Positions 40,113 to 58,742 of a DNA stretch of 64,000 nt are shown in pieces. The DNA is from Dictyostelium discoideum (taxonomy: Eukaryota), in the NCBI GenBank assembly GCA_000004695.1, contig CM000153.2:4384001-4448000 (forward strand). The letters run 5' to 3'. A program made the position numbers and the translations under genes. Numbering within the stretch: the first letter of the stretch is position 1; the number at the start of each line of letters is the position of its first letter. Below the pieces are notes generated by a model, which searched no databases, was not told the origin of the DNA, and saw nothing but the letters and a program-made list of their open reading frames with translations.

Positions 40113-41234
40113 AAAAAATAAAATAAAAAAATAAAAATAAAATAAAAATAATATAAAATAATATAAAATAAAACACTGTAAAACAAAAAGATTGTTTAAA
40201 AAAAAAAAATAAAAAATAAAATAAAAAAAGATTTTATTTGTTTAAATAAAATGTTTTTACTATCAAAGAGTGCTTTTTCATTTAATGAATCAATGCCAAA
40301 AGGATTCAATATTACATTCCATATTTACCACAAGGTCCAAGAACTTTTAAAATTACAGCCTATAATGAATTCATACCACAAATTGATTCAGTTATTAGAT
40401 ATTCAGATTATTTCATTATCAATGGTAATACTTTGAGTATAATAGTTTTAAAAATAATAAAATAATAATGATAATAATAATTATAAATGTATAAATTAAA
40501 AATTGTATCAGAAAAGATTTAAATAGATCCTTTTAAAAATAATATTGAACGAATAAACAAAAATATATTTCATTTGTAATTTTTATCACCATTATTATTA
40601 TTATTTTTATTTTTTCAATTTTTTACCAATACCTCTCTTTTCTTTTTTGAATAAATTATAGTATTATTCCGAATGCAGGGAATTTATTTAATGGGAATGG
40701 AAAATTTCCTTTTTCAGATTTATTGTGACTATTAGTTGTAATTAATGATAATCAATTAGCAGGTGAATTGAATGATGATTGGTGTAAGGTTGATTTTAAT
40801 ATTAGAAATAATTATATTGGTGGTAAAGCACAATCATGTGTAGTTTGTCATTACCTTTTATATAATAATAGATATATTTTAGAAGGTAATAGATTCACAA
40901 TCCAATTTGGAAGATTGTACAACTATTGAACTTAGTTTATCATATGATAATGATAATGACACTATGTTTTTGTATGGTAGATATCTAGGTTTTCAAGTTA
41001 GTTAATTCTAATTTAATAAAAAATTTGGGGTTTCAAATATAATATCAAAAATAAATTAAAAATTGGGTTGGTGGATATTTCTCATAAATTCAAAGAATAA
41101 AATTCAAACTAGTTTCAAAATAAAAAATTAAAAAAAAAACATTTTTTCATTTTTTTTTTTTTTTTTTTTTATTCATATCAAATTATATATATAAATACAT
41201 ACACTCCAAATAATAATAAATAAACAATAAAAAA

Positions 41235-42170
41235 ATGGATGATAAATTATTTTTTAAAGTATTTAGGAATATTTATTTGCAAAAAGAGATATTTAAACAT
41301 TTAGAATATTATAGGTTGGTTTTTTTATTTAGTTCAACATCAAGATTTAAATTTAATGCCATTACAATTAGTAATTATGAATATAGAGAATATTTATCAA
41401 GTATTCATATAGATAAAAAGAGTAATAATATTGGAATAAACCCATTGACAGCGTTGGAAGATATTAACCATTCAACAGGTTGTTTTATGAAACCATTACC
41501 AGTAAGTGTATCGAACAATATCATACAACCAGGACAAATACCAGAATCGGTTGAAAAGTTAACAGTTCATTCAACTGATATTATTTGTGTTGGTTCATTC
41601 TCTCAAGTAATTTCAAACACATCACCTGATAAAAACTATAATTGTAATATTAAATCAATAAATTTCACAATTCAATGTATATTCCCAAATGGTATAATCT
41701 ATGGACTAATTCCAGAATCTGTCAAAAACTTAGAGATTCATAGTAAAATAATAAATCAAAAACCAATATTCATACCAAACTCTGTGGAGAAATTATCATT
41801 CTATTGGTTCAATCAACCGATTTTACCCTCACAAATACCAGATTCTGTAAAACATTTATCATTAGGTGTTATATTTAATCAAAACCTATCAATTGATACT
41901 TTTGGTGACAATTCATTATTGGAATCAATAGAGTTTGGTTATGATTTTAATAAACCAATTCAGTTTGGTGTTTTATCTAAATTAAAAAATTTAAAAACTA
42001 TTAAATTTGGTATATCTTTCAATCAACCAATTATACCATTTTCAATACCAGAACAAGTAACTTCAATCATTTTTAGAGGAGAATATATTATTCCTTTTCC
42101 TCCAAATTCAATACCAAAATCTGTAAAACTTATTCATAATCAAGCATCATTACAATTATCATCAAAATAA
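41235..42170 (+). CDS. FNIP-repeat protein (a Dictyostelium-specific repeat family)
   Basis: 311-aa ORF with ~22-residue repeats ending in FNQPI/FNKPI/FNQNL (e.g. FYWFNQPILPSQIPDSVKHLSLGVIFNQNLS; FGYDFNKPIQFGVLSKLKNLKTIKFGISFNQPIIPFSIPEQV). The N-terminus MDDKLFFKVFRNIYLQKEIFKHLEY resembles the F-box-like head common in this family. Confidence 0.7.
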   Translation: MDDKLFFKVFRNIYLQKEIFKHLEYYRLVFLFSSTSRFKFNAITISNYEYREYLSSIHIDKKSNNIGINPLTALEDINHSTGCFMKPLPVSVSNNIIQPGQIPESVEKLTVHSTDIICVGSFSQVISNTSPDKNYNCNIKSINFTIQCIFPNGIIYGLIPESVKNLEIHSKIINQKPIFIPNSVEKLSFYWFNQPILPSQIPDSVKHLSLGVIFNQNLSIDTFGDNSLLESIEFGYDFNKPIQFGVLSKLKNLKTIKFGISFNQPIIPFSIPEQVTSIIFRGEYIIPFPPNSIPKSVKLIHNQASLQLSSK

Positions 42171-42301
42171 TAATGATAATAATAATAATTGCTTTTTTTT
42201 TATTTAAAATACTTCAATATTAATTTAATTATTTAATTTTTTATAATAAAAAAGAATTCTTTTTTTTTTTATTTAATTAAATAATTTTTTATTTACAAAG
42301 G

Positions 42302-42345
<44 letters not shown>

Positions 42346-42367
42346 CCTATCTAAATAAAATTAAAAT

Positions 42368-44351
42368 TTAAGTATAAGTTGGATCAACATAAGAATAAAG
42401 AATTGCATCTTTGATACCATGTAACATTTGAATATTTGAATAAGAAGATTCAGAGAAAATGTTATTATAGATTTTAGTGATGAATAAAGCTTCTTGGAAA
42501 GGAGATAAAATGAAACCAAGTTTTTCATAAGTTTGAATGAGAGTTTCATTTTCATGGTCAATATTTTCTTTTAATTTATCTAATAAACCACTAAGTTGTA
42601 CAAGATGTGATTGAACTGGACTACTGATATTATTTGAGATATCGACATCGGTACTGATGGTGGTGGTAGTGGTAGTGGTGGTAGAAGTAGAGGTGGTAGT
42701 TGTGGTGGTTGAAGTAGAGGCTGCGGTTTTCTTTGATTTGGTATTACCACCATTATTAACGGTACCATTGAATACTTTACTATGGTAGTATTCTCTGATC
42801 TCTCTGTTGAGATGAGTTCTTTCTTTGATAATCTTTTTATGTCTAAGATTACTTTCTTGTCTGAGTTGTCTAACACGATTCTCTTGTTCAGGATTAATAT
42901 TTGCTTCGTTGCAAAAGTTTGACCACCATTTGGTTGGTTCCAATTGTTCATAAGGTGATGGCATATCACCAATGGGTGAACTATTTGGATCAGAATGTTG
43001 TTTCTCTGATGGATCTTCAAATGGACAAGATTGAGCAGGCGAGATTTCACCATCCAATAATGCAAGTTTGGCTTGAGTACATGGATTAACGATTTGTTTA
43101 ATTTGGTTGATGTAAAGATCTTGACGATTTTTCAAAGTGCTGTAGAATTGTTTCAAAGTTGTGGTTAAGTCATCTTGAGTGGTGATACTCATATCAACTT
43201 GTAATCTATCGACCAATACACTAATATCAGGTTCAGTTTCAACAACTGGAGTACTTGGATCAGCGCTACCATCTTGTTGTTGTTGATCGAATTGATCAAA
43301 GTCATCCTCATCTTCATCCTCACTACCGGTACAACCTGGAATATCGGATTTGTTTGGTAATTGACCACCACTCTTGAGAATATTATTTTCATGAAGTAAT
43401 TTTTTCAATATTTTTTTGGAATCATAAAGTTCTTTCTTTAATCTTTCATTCTCTTGAACGATATCATCCAATCTATCCTCGACTTCATTGACATATTGTT
43501 TCTTTCTTTGTCTGTAATTTCTACTTGCTAAATTTTGACTTGCTCTTCTTCTTGTCTTTTGTTTCTCACTTAGATGAGCCAATGTCTCTTCAAAATCATG
43601 TGGTAAAATATATGATGAAATGGGTGATTTATTTGGTAATAAATCAACCTTTGGACAAGCAGCTGTGGTTGCTGGAATATTACTAGCCTTTGAAGTACTC
43701 TTTGTTGAACTATTTTGTGTCAATTGTTGAATCATTTGTTGAATTGGTTGAATTGGTGTTATTGATGAATTTATTGTTGGTTGTTTTTGTTGTGGTTGTT
43801 GTGGTGGTTGTGGTGATTGTGGTTGAATAGTAGTTGGTTGAATAATTGGTGGTCTTTGAACAGTTTTTTGTTGTGTTTGTTGTAGTTGTTGTGGTTGTTG
43901 TTGTGGTTGTTGTTGTGGTTGTTGTGGTGATTGTTGGGGTTGTAATTGTTGTGGTGATTGTTGTGGTGATTGTTGTGGTGATTGTGGTAGTTGTGGTGAT
44001 TGTGGTTGATGTAATTGTTGTTGTTGTTGTTGTTGGATTTGTTGTTGTAATAATAGTTGTTGTTGTTGTTGTTGTTGTAATATTTTTTGTTGTTGCTGAA
44101 TTATTTGTTGATTTTGATCATGGTTTGGAGATAATTGTTGTGGAATAACTTGGTCTTGTGAAGTTGTTGGTTGTAAATAAGAAGATGGTGTTATTGGTGA
44201 ATTGGTATTACTTCCATTGTAAGCATTAAAATTTCCTCCACTATTTTGTAAGTATGTAGTTTGAGGTACAGGTGAACTTGTATTACTTCCATTATTACTA
44301 TGTTGAGATATAAAATTTGAAGCCATATTACTATTATAATTTATATTATTA

Positions 44352-44391
<40 letters not shown>

Positions 44392-45216
44392 TATTATTGA
44401 TATTATTACTATTATTTAATTGAGGAATAGAAGAAGGTATTCCAGGTGATGAAGGGATTGATAACATTGTATTTGATTGAATTGGTGTTGAATAATAGGG
44501 TGATGCAGATTCTTGTATTGGTGATATTTGTTGTTGCTGTTGTTGTTGTTGTTGTTGTATTTGTTGTTGTTGTATTTGTTGTTGTTGTAATTGTTGTTGT
44601 TGTTGTTGTAATTGTTGTTGTTGTTGTAATTGTTGTTGTTGCAATTGTTGTTGTTGTTGTTGTTGTTGAATTCCATAAAAAGAACCACCATCAACATTTG
44701 TATTTAGAGCAGATAATAACATTAAATTTTTATCTTCAGAGAAAGGTAAGTAACCCATTGGCTCGTCACCAAACATTAAGACCATTTTTTGTTGTTGTTG
44801 TTGCTCCAACTGTAATTGTAAAGCTGCTTGTTGTTGTTGAATTTGTTGTTGCTGTTGTTGTAATAATTGTTGTTGTTGTTGTAATTGTTGTTGGGTGGTT
44901 TGTTGTAATAATTGTTGTTGTTGTTGTTGTTGATAACCATTTGTAACTTTAACAATATTATTCAATGCTGAGGATGTTGCCATTAACATATTGTTATTAA
45001 TATTACCATTATTATTATTATTGTTATTGTTATTATTATTATTTACATTATTTTGACTATTTATATTTACATTATTATTGTTGTTATTATTAATATTTAC
45101 ATTATTTCCATACATATCATATGATGAAGTTTGTTGTTGGTACCCATTATTGTTATTGTAATTATTGTTATTCCCATTATTATAAGATTGTTGGAAATTA
45201 TTATTATTATTATTAA

Positions 45217-45270
<54 letters not shown>

Positions 45271-45367
45271 TATTTAAATATTGTTGCTGTTGTGGTTGTT
45301 GTTGTGGAAAAAAATTATTATTCCCATTATAAATATAGTTTCCTTGTTGAGGAATACTTTGATACAT
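42368..45367 (-). CDS. bZIP (basic-leucine zipper) transcription factor with very long Q/N-rich activation regions
   Basis: 999-aa ORF. The basic region plus zipper reads EKQKTRRRASQNLASRNYRQRKKQYVNEVEDRLDDIVQENERLKKELYDSKKILKKLLHENNILK. It has the N-x7-R signature (NLASRNYRQRK) followed by heptad leucines. The rest is polyQ/polyN, the P/Q repeat SPQQSPQQ and a T16 tract. Confidence 0.75.
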
Positions 45368-45719
45368 GATGTTTATTTGAAGTATTGTATTTATATCTTA
45401 ATATTAATTTTAATTTTTTACGATTTTAAAAGTGTGATGGGCTGATTATTGGGAAGGAGGTTCAAAATTTGCAGGATATTTTTGAAAAAATTGAAAAAAA
45501 AAAAAAAAAGGAGCACGTGGACTTTTTATGTGTGCCGTAATCCAAAAACTCGAATGTTTTTTTTTTTTCTTTTTTTTTTTTTTTAAAATAAAGTTTGTGT
45601 TTTGAAATGAAAAAAAAAGAAAAATAATTAAAGTAATTTAATAATAAAAAAAAAAAATCTTATATGATTAATTATTACTATTTGTTTTATTATTATTATT
45701 ATAAAATTTAAATTATTAC

Positions 45720-45766
<47 letters not shown>

Positions 45767-46687
45767 ACCAAAAACAAATTGAATTACTAATATATTATTT
45801 TCTAAATGTATTGAGATTTTTTTTTTAATTTTTTATTTTTTTTTTTATTTTTTTTTTTTTATAATTTTTTATTTTTTTTTTTATTTTTTATTTTTTTTCA
45901 ATTATTATTTGTGCAAATATTCACCAATTATAGAAACAAAATAAAAATTTAAAATTTAAAATTTAAAATAAGTAAAATAAAATAAATAATACAGTAGAAA
46001 AAAAAATAGTGGACTTAATGAAAACTAAAAATAAATAAATAAATAAATAAATAAAAAAAAAAAAAAACAAATCAAAATATCCTTTTTTTTTTCTTTTTTT
46101 TTTTTATTTTTTTTTTATTTTTTTTTATTTTTTTTTATTTTTTTTTATTTTTTTTTATTTTTTTTTTTTTTTTTTATTTTTTTTTTTTCAATTTAAATAT
46201 GATGTTTTGTTAAAAATAAAAAAATAAACAAAACAACTTTTTGTTGTTGTCAACTTTTTGCCTGTTAATTTTTTTTTTTTTATGATTTATATAATCTTTT
46301 AGATTTATGCTTTTTATGTGTAGTGCTTTATTAATGTGGTATTTATTGGTATTGTGATGAAAAAAAAAAAAAAAAATTTTAATGATGGTAATATATTATA
46401 ATCATCAGTTATCAAAAAAAAAAAAAAAAAAAAATAATAAAAAAATGAAAATAATAAAAATAAAAATAAAAATAAAAAAAAAGAAAAAATAAAATCGATT
46501 ATTGAGGAGATGCAACCCACATTTTTAAAAAAAAAAAAAAAAAAAAAATAAAAAAAAAAAAAAAAAATAATTACTTTATTTTATTTGTATATTGTCATCT
46601 TTGATTTTTTTATATTTTTGAAGTAAATTAATAAATATATATTTTTTTCTTTTTTTATTAATAACCGTTCCTTTTTAATTATTATAA

Positions 46688-46718
<31 letters not shown>

Positions 46719-47307
46719 TATTTTATGTGTCTTTAAATGATTTATAAGTTGTATCTATTTTTGACCAAAATTTTATTTTTTGTAGAAAGAATTTTTAATT
46801 TTATTTTATTTAATTTTATACCTTCTTTTTTTAAAAAGAAAAATATCTATTGACTCTTTTTTTATTGTTTTAAAAAGATTTCTGTTTTTTTTTTTTTTTT
46901 AAAATTTACACCGAATAACCCACTCGCACATAATTGTATATCTTAAAAATTTTACACTTTTATTTTTGTTTGCTTTTAAATTTTTTTAATTTTTTTTATT
47001 AATTCTTGTTCCTTTTATTTGTGATTATGTATATAAATAGGGAGTAAAAAAAATTGGTTATTTAATAATTTTTTATGACAGCAATGATTTTATTTCCTTT
47101 TATGATTTTTATTTTATCAATAGCAATATTTTTTTTTTTTAAAATGATCATTAATTTTAGAACTAATAGTTTATACTTGTTGTTTTCTACATTATAATGC
47201 CAACCAAGTAAAGATTATAAGCTCATATTTTTTAAATTAATTATTTTAAATAAATATTTATTTATTTATATTTATTTTTATTCCAGGTAATAAAAATAAT
47301 AATAATA

Positions 47308-47354
<47 letters not shown>

Positions 47355-49867
47355 TATTAAGTATCACCTTAATTTATTATTTTTTTTTTTAAATTTAAAA
47401 TTCAAAAAAAATTCTTTGAATTTTATTGGTGAAATTATTGTTTATACCATAATAAAAATAATTAAATTATTTTAATCATTGTTTAAATAATCAATGATAC
47501 ACTTGGAGTATTTTATTTATTTATTATAATTAATATTTTGTTTCACTTGGGAGAATTAATTCCTGATAATAATTAGTAATTAAAATAATCCTTTTTTTTT
47601 TTTTTTAAAATTTCAAAAAAAAATTTATTCTATTAATTAAAAAATAAATATAAACATAAATAAATAAATATTATTTTAATATTTCTACAAAAAATACTAA
47701 AAAAATAAAATAAAATAAAATAAAATAAAATAAAATAAAATAAAATAAAATTAAAATAAAATTAATTTGTGATCAACATTCAATCTATAAAAAAAAAAAA
47801 AAAAAAATATAAATATATGAATTTTATTTAAATAGGTTTAATTTTCATATGAACACCTTTTAGTAATTAATAAAAATAAACATATATTCATTCTTATATA
47901 ATATTTTTGGTTAATTTGTGGTTCTATACTATTATTTTAATTAGTTAATTATTAAAAACTATATTATCATTTATTTCAACTAAAGTCCTTTCCAATATAG
48001 GTTTTATTATTATTTTTTTTTTTTTTTTTTTTTTTTTTATACTTTAATGCCCCATTTCTCGCACTACAAAAAAAAAAAAAAAAAAAAAGTTGTCTTGTGA
48101 TATTTTCAAGTTTTGTAGTTTGGAAATTTTTCACACCACACATATAATATATTCACACACAATAATTTACTTCCACACACGCTCACTCTCACAAACACAT
48201 AATATACAGTTTTTATGTGTGTGTTTGTGAAATAATATATGTGGTAATTAATACTGTCACAATTAAATTTCATATGAACAACACAGATCATATTCAAAAA
48301 ATAATATTAATGAAAATAATAAAAAATAAAAACACACACACACAAAAACTTTGTCAACTGAATTTTTTCTTTTTTTTTTTTCACATACACACAAAACAGT
48401 TATAATTTGATTGTGTATATAAACAACAGTATAATAATTGCAACACTACCATTAACCACACAAAATTCCTCTACCAACAACAACAATTACTACAATAAAA
48501 ACAACACCAATAAATAAAACTATTTCTCTCAACTAGTCAATACAATATATTTTTTTATTTTTTTTTTTTTATTTTTTTTTTTTTTTTTAAACACACTCAC
48601 ACTTAAATACATTTATTCATTATGAATATATATAATATTTTTATTGACATAATAAAATATTAATACAAACTCAAACTCACACTCACACTAACCCAAAAGT
48701 AGAATTAAAATTTTAATAGAATAAAATGAAAAAAAGTAGTATAAAATCAAACACAACCAACAAAAAAAAAAAAAAAAAAATAAATAATTTTCCAAAAAAT
48801 AAAAAAAAAAATAAATAAAATTAAAATAAATTGTTTGAGTAGTTTTTTTTTTTTTTTTTTCTCTACAGCTATTTAAATTTCATTTATCTAAATATTTAGG
48901 AATTTTTTTTTTTCCTATTTTTTTTTTTTTTTTTTTTTTCCAAAATCTAAAAAAAAATTGCAAAAGCAACCAAATTTTTTTTAAAATTCCGGTTGTTATT
49001 ATTATTTTTATTAAATATAAATAATTTTTTTTCATAATAAACGATTTTTGGGAATAAATAAAAATAAATAAATAAAAAAAAATAAAAAAAAGTGTGTTTT
49101 TGCAAAAAAAAAAAAAAAAAAAAAAAATAAACAAAAAAAAAAAAAAAGAAAAAAAATAAAAAAACCAAAATAAACAAAAAGGTTTATTTTAATTTTAATG
49201 GTTTTTTTATTACCTTGTTCCCTGTGTTCAAATTACAAAATTACAGTTTTCTTATATTATCAAAGTGTGTTTTGATTTTTAGGTGAATCAATTTTCCCTC
49301 ATTAAATCTTTCACCCCTTTTTCACATCTAATCAAGATAATCAAATATACTATTTTTAAAATAAATAAACAAATCTCAAAATACCACACCACACATTTCC
49401 CTATTTTATATATATCTCATTATCAAAATCATTTATTATTATTATTTAACATTTTAAAAGATTGAATTAACCATTTTTTTTTTTTTTTTTTTTAAATATA
49501 TATAAATAAATAAATAAATAAAAAAAAAAATAAAAAAAAAAATAAAAAAAAAAAAGCAACTCACACACACACACTTACACACACATATATATACAATCCA
49601 ACCAATAGTTCATATTCATTTCATTATTTAAACTTTTCAATTAATTTTTTTTCTTTTTTTTTTTTTTTTTTTTTCTGATTTCCAATCAGTACCTATCATA
49701 TATCTTGTTTGGTATTTATTTTAATTTTTTTTATTTTTGTTGTTTTTCACTTGTTTTTTTTTTTTCTTTTTTTTCATTAAATATTGTTTAAGGAGAAGAA
49801 AAATACAAAAAAACAAATAAAACAATATTAATAACATCATCAAGAAATATAATATTTTTAAAAAATA

Positions 49868-49898
<31 letters not shown>

Positions 49899-50280
49899 AA
49901 ATAATAATAATAATAAATAATAAATAATAAATAATAAATAATAATAATTTAAATTATTATAATTATTTTCAATTATAATTTGTTTTGTTTTTTTTTTTTT
50001 TAATTTTTTAATTTTTTTTTTTTTAATCATATTATATTCACATTTTTTGTGTTTTTTGTGTATTTTATGTGTAACATCACCCCAAAATTTAAAAATAATT
50101 TTTTATTCAATTAAAAAAAAAAAAAAAAAATAAATAAATAAATAATTTAAAAAAAAAAAACAACCCAGCAGACACATATCAGTAATCATAATCATAATCA
50201 TAATCATAAAATTATAATAATAAAAAAATAAATCCATTATTATAATAATAATAATAATAATAATATTTAGTTTTGGGAAG

Positions 50281-50311
<31 letters not shown>

Positions 50312-50351
50312 CACCAATCAATTTCCTAAAAAGGATCACAATTCATCCCCC

Positions 50352-50385
<34 letters not shown>

Positions 50386-50478
50386 ATTTTGATCACAGTC
50401 CATAAAGAAAATAATTTTTAAAAATTAAAATAGAAACCAAAATCAAAATTAAAAAACAGAGCTCGTTTTTAGAAAACG

Positions 50479-54712
<4,234 letters not shown>

Positions 54713-55106
54713 TTTTGTAATAAATGAAATAAATGAAAAAAGAAATTCTTTTTAATACTTTTATCCATTTTTTTTTTTTTAAAATTGTTTTTTTTTTTTT
54801 TTTTTTTGGGAATAAAGGTAAATTTTACACTTTAAAATAATATAACAGTTAAAAATGATTTAAACATTTGATAAATAAAGAACGATCATTTTTTTTATTT
54901 TTTATTTTTTAAAAAAAAAAAAAAAAAAAACAAATTTAAAAAAATAAAAAATAATTTTATAAACATTTTTTAAATTTTTTTTAACCTATTTAAAAATTAT
55001 TATTTAATCTATATAAAAAAGATTATCATCATAAAATTTGATTATAATATTATATTTTTTAAAATTTATATCTATTAATAAAAAAAGAATTTCAAGAATT
55101 TCAAGA

Positions 55107-55163
<57 letters not shown>

Positions 55164-55797
55164 GTTAATCACCTTTAGGGGATTGAAATACCAAATTTAA
55201 GTTTTATTTGAAAAAAAAAACAATTAATCTTTCCTTTTAAAAAAATTAATTTTCCCCAAAATTAAAAAAATCCAAATTTTAATTTTTTAAAAAAAAACTT
55301 AAAAAATTAAAAAAAATTAAAAAAAGATATTCAATCCCCCTAGGGTTTTTTTATTCTAAAAACAATAAAAAAAGGGGGTTTTAGGGAGGATTTTCCCCCC
55401 GGAGGGGAAAAATTTCCCTATAAAATTTGTAAAGACATGAAATAAAAAAAATAAAATAAATAATAAATAGAAATGAGCAATTGTTCATTCAAGTAAAGCA
55501 ATTTTATTACCAAAATAAAATTTATTTCAAAAGTATTAAAATAAAGGAATTTATAATAAATATAAAATGTATATATATAATAAAAATAACAATAATAAAA
55601 ATAATAAAACTTTGAATTATAATAATAAAAAAAAGACGTATAAACACAATATTGGTGGGATAAATTTCAAATTCTTAGGTAAGTTTGATAACTTAATTTT
55701 TTTGACCTTCCCATGTTCAATAATTTGAAAATTAACACAAAAATTTTTTACATATAAAATTCCCACTCAAACTTAACAATCAGAAACCAACAGTTTG

Positions 55798-55845
<48 letters not shown>

Positions 55846-56538
55846 CCCATTAAATTATGATTATTCTTTTAAAAAATTGCCAGTGACTTTTTTAACCCAA
55901 AATGGGACATAATATATAACTCTCCATCTTTTTTTTTTTTTTTTTTTTTAATTTAATTTTATTTTTTTTTTTTTTTCTTCTTTATCTTGCACAAAAATTA
56001 ATAGATGAATTAGATATAAACAGGTGTGTGTTATCATTCAATTGATAAACCAAATACACTTTTTCTATAATATTTACAAGGGTCAATTTTTATCTTTTTT
56101 TTTTTTATTGTTTTTATTTTATTTTTATTTTTATTTCTATTTTTATTTTTATTTCTATTTTTATTTTTATTTTTATTTTTATTTTTATTTTTTTTTTTTT
56201 ATTTTTTTTTTTTATTTTTATATTTTTTACAAAATATTTTTAAAATCACAACACTCATTCAAATTGATTGATTTTTAATTATTAAAAAAAAAATAATATA
56301 AAATATTAAAAAAATAATAAAATTAAAATAATTAAAAAACGATAAAAAAAATCTTTTTTTTTTTTTTTTTTTATTTTCTTCTTTTTTTTTTTTTTTTTTC
56401 TTTTTTTGTAAAATATAATATAACAAATTAATTTTTTTTTTTTTATTGGTTAATAATTGTAAGTAGAAATTGAAAAATATGCTAGTGGTTTATTTTTTTT
56501 TTCCCACAATTAACAAAAATGGAATTAAAAAATGGTTT

Positions 56539-56579
<41 letters not shown>

Positions 56580-58325
56580 CCATTATTTTTGTTTTTTTTT
56601 TTTTTTTTTTGATTAGTCTTAATTATATTGAAAAAAATATGACGCAGTCTTACGACATAATTGTTCATAATAATAGTTAAATTTTACCATTTCACTTTTT
56701 TCTTTTAATTTTTTTTTTTAACACAAAACTCCCACTAAATAATATATCTATCAATTATTTGTACAAATAAATAAAATTGCTTTTCAATTTTTTAATTATT
56801 ATATTCAATATATTTTTTTTTTGTTTTTTTTGTTGTTTTTGTTACTGTTGTTTCTAAATTCATTCACCCTTTCAAACGAACAAACCCACACTACCCCAAC
56901 ATGTTTAATTTTTTTTTATTTTTTTTTTTTTTTATATAACCCAAACAAAACAAACAAAAAAATCAAACCCCTATATTCCCATTATGGTTTTTTTCATTTT
57001 TAAAAATAAAAAAAATAAAAAAAAATAGAATTATTAAATTAAAAATAAAATAATTCATCATCTTTTTTTGTAGACAGATATGATTTCATCATTATTCCAC
57101 ATTATTTTTAAAATTCTTTTTCATATAATCTTATAAAAAAATATTTTTTAAATATTTGTAAAAATTATATTAATAAATAACCCACCCTCACACTCAATAA
57201 ATACCATCCCAAATTCATGGAAAAATAATTATTATTTTTTTTTACCCCCAACCCTGGATTTTCATTTCCAAAATTAAACACCATACTTTTTCATGTGTTA
57301 TAGAACCACAAATGTTAATAAGTTTGTTAATTTAAAACATAAATTAATAACAATAAAATAATAATAAATTAAAATAAATAATAAATTAAAAAATGAAAAA
57401 TAATTATTAATAAAAAATAAAAAATAATAAAAAAAAAAATAATAAAAAATAAAAAATTAAAAAAATTAAAATATGAATTTAAACAAACGACATAAATAAC
57501 TTTGATACTTTATTCATTTTCTTTTTTTTTTTTTTTTTTTTTTTTAATTTCATTTTGTACCATAAAAAAAAAAAAAACAACTAATTGTATTAAAATTTAT
57601 AAAAAATTGTATTAATATATCAAAAAATAATTAATCTAACCACAAGAATCAACCCCACACAAACCACAAATACTCCTTTGCAATCAAACCTCTCATTTTT
57701 AAATATATATATATATATAAACAATATAATAAAAACAAAAAAAAAATTAAAAAAAAAATAATAATAATAATAATAATTAAAACAAATAATTGTAATAATA
57801 AAAAAAAAATTAAAATTAAAATTAAAAAAAAAAAAAAAAAAAACTATATTCAATCCATTTATTTATATCATTCCCCCCCTAGTAAAATTACTTCAACAAA
57901 TTTAATTATCATACACACACACACACTCACACAAAAACAACTAGATTCCCAACTAAACCTGCAATAGTAAATATTTATAATGTATTAAAATTGTTAATTA
58001 AATTTATTAAATTTTTTTATTTCGTTTAAATCATTAGTATTAAACACAAAGTTAGTAATAGTTTTTGTTTTGTTTTTGTTTTGTTTTGTTTTTATTTTAT
58101 TTTTTAAAAAAAAATTTTAAAATATTTAGTGTCACCACAATATCTATGGATTTATTTTATTATTTTTAATTTTATTTTAAATTATCTTTTCCAAAAATAT
58201 ATTACTAAATCACAATTAAAAAAATAATTAAAAGATTGGAGGTTGTGATTTTTAATATTTTATTGATAATCTTTAAAAAATAAAATCAAAAATACTATAT
58301 TTTTTATAATTATTTTTATTATTAT

Positions 58326-58358
<33 letters not shown>

Positions 58359-58543
58359 TTTCCTAAATTTATTTATTTATTTTAATTTTTATTTTTGTTT
58401 GTTTTTTCCAAAGTTAAATAATTATTCCAAAATTGGAAACCATTATCTTTTTTTTTTATATCAATCAAAAAATTATTTTTAAAAGCTTTTTTTTTTTTTT
58501 ATTTTATTTATCTTGTAATAATAAAAAAAAAAAAAAAAAAAAG

Positions 58544-58579
<36 letters not shown>

Positions 58580-58685
58580 GATTATTTTAAATTAAAAAAT
58601 AAAAAGGATTTTCCCTGGTTCCCTTTTTTATTTTTTGGTTAATCAAATTTTTTTTTTAAAATCAGAAATCAAAAATCCCCAATCC

Positions 58686-58742
<57 letters not shown>

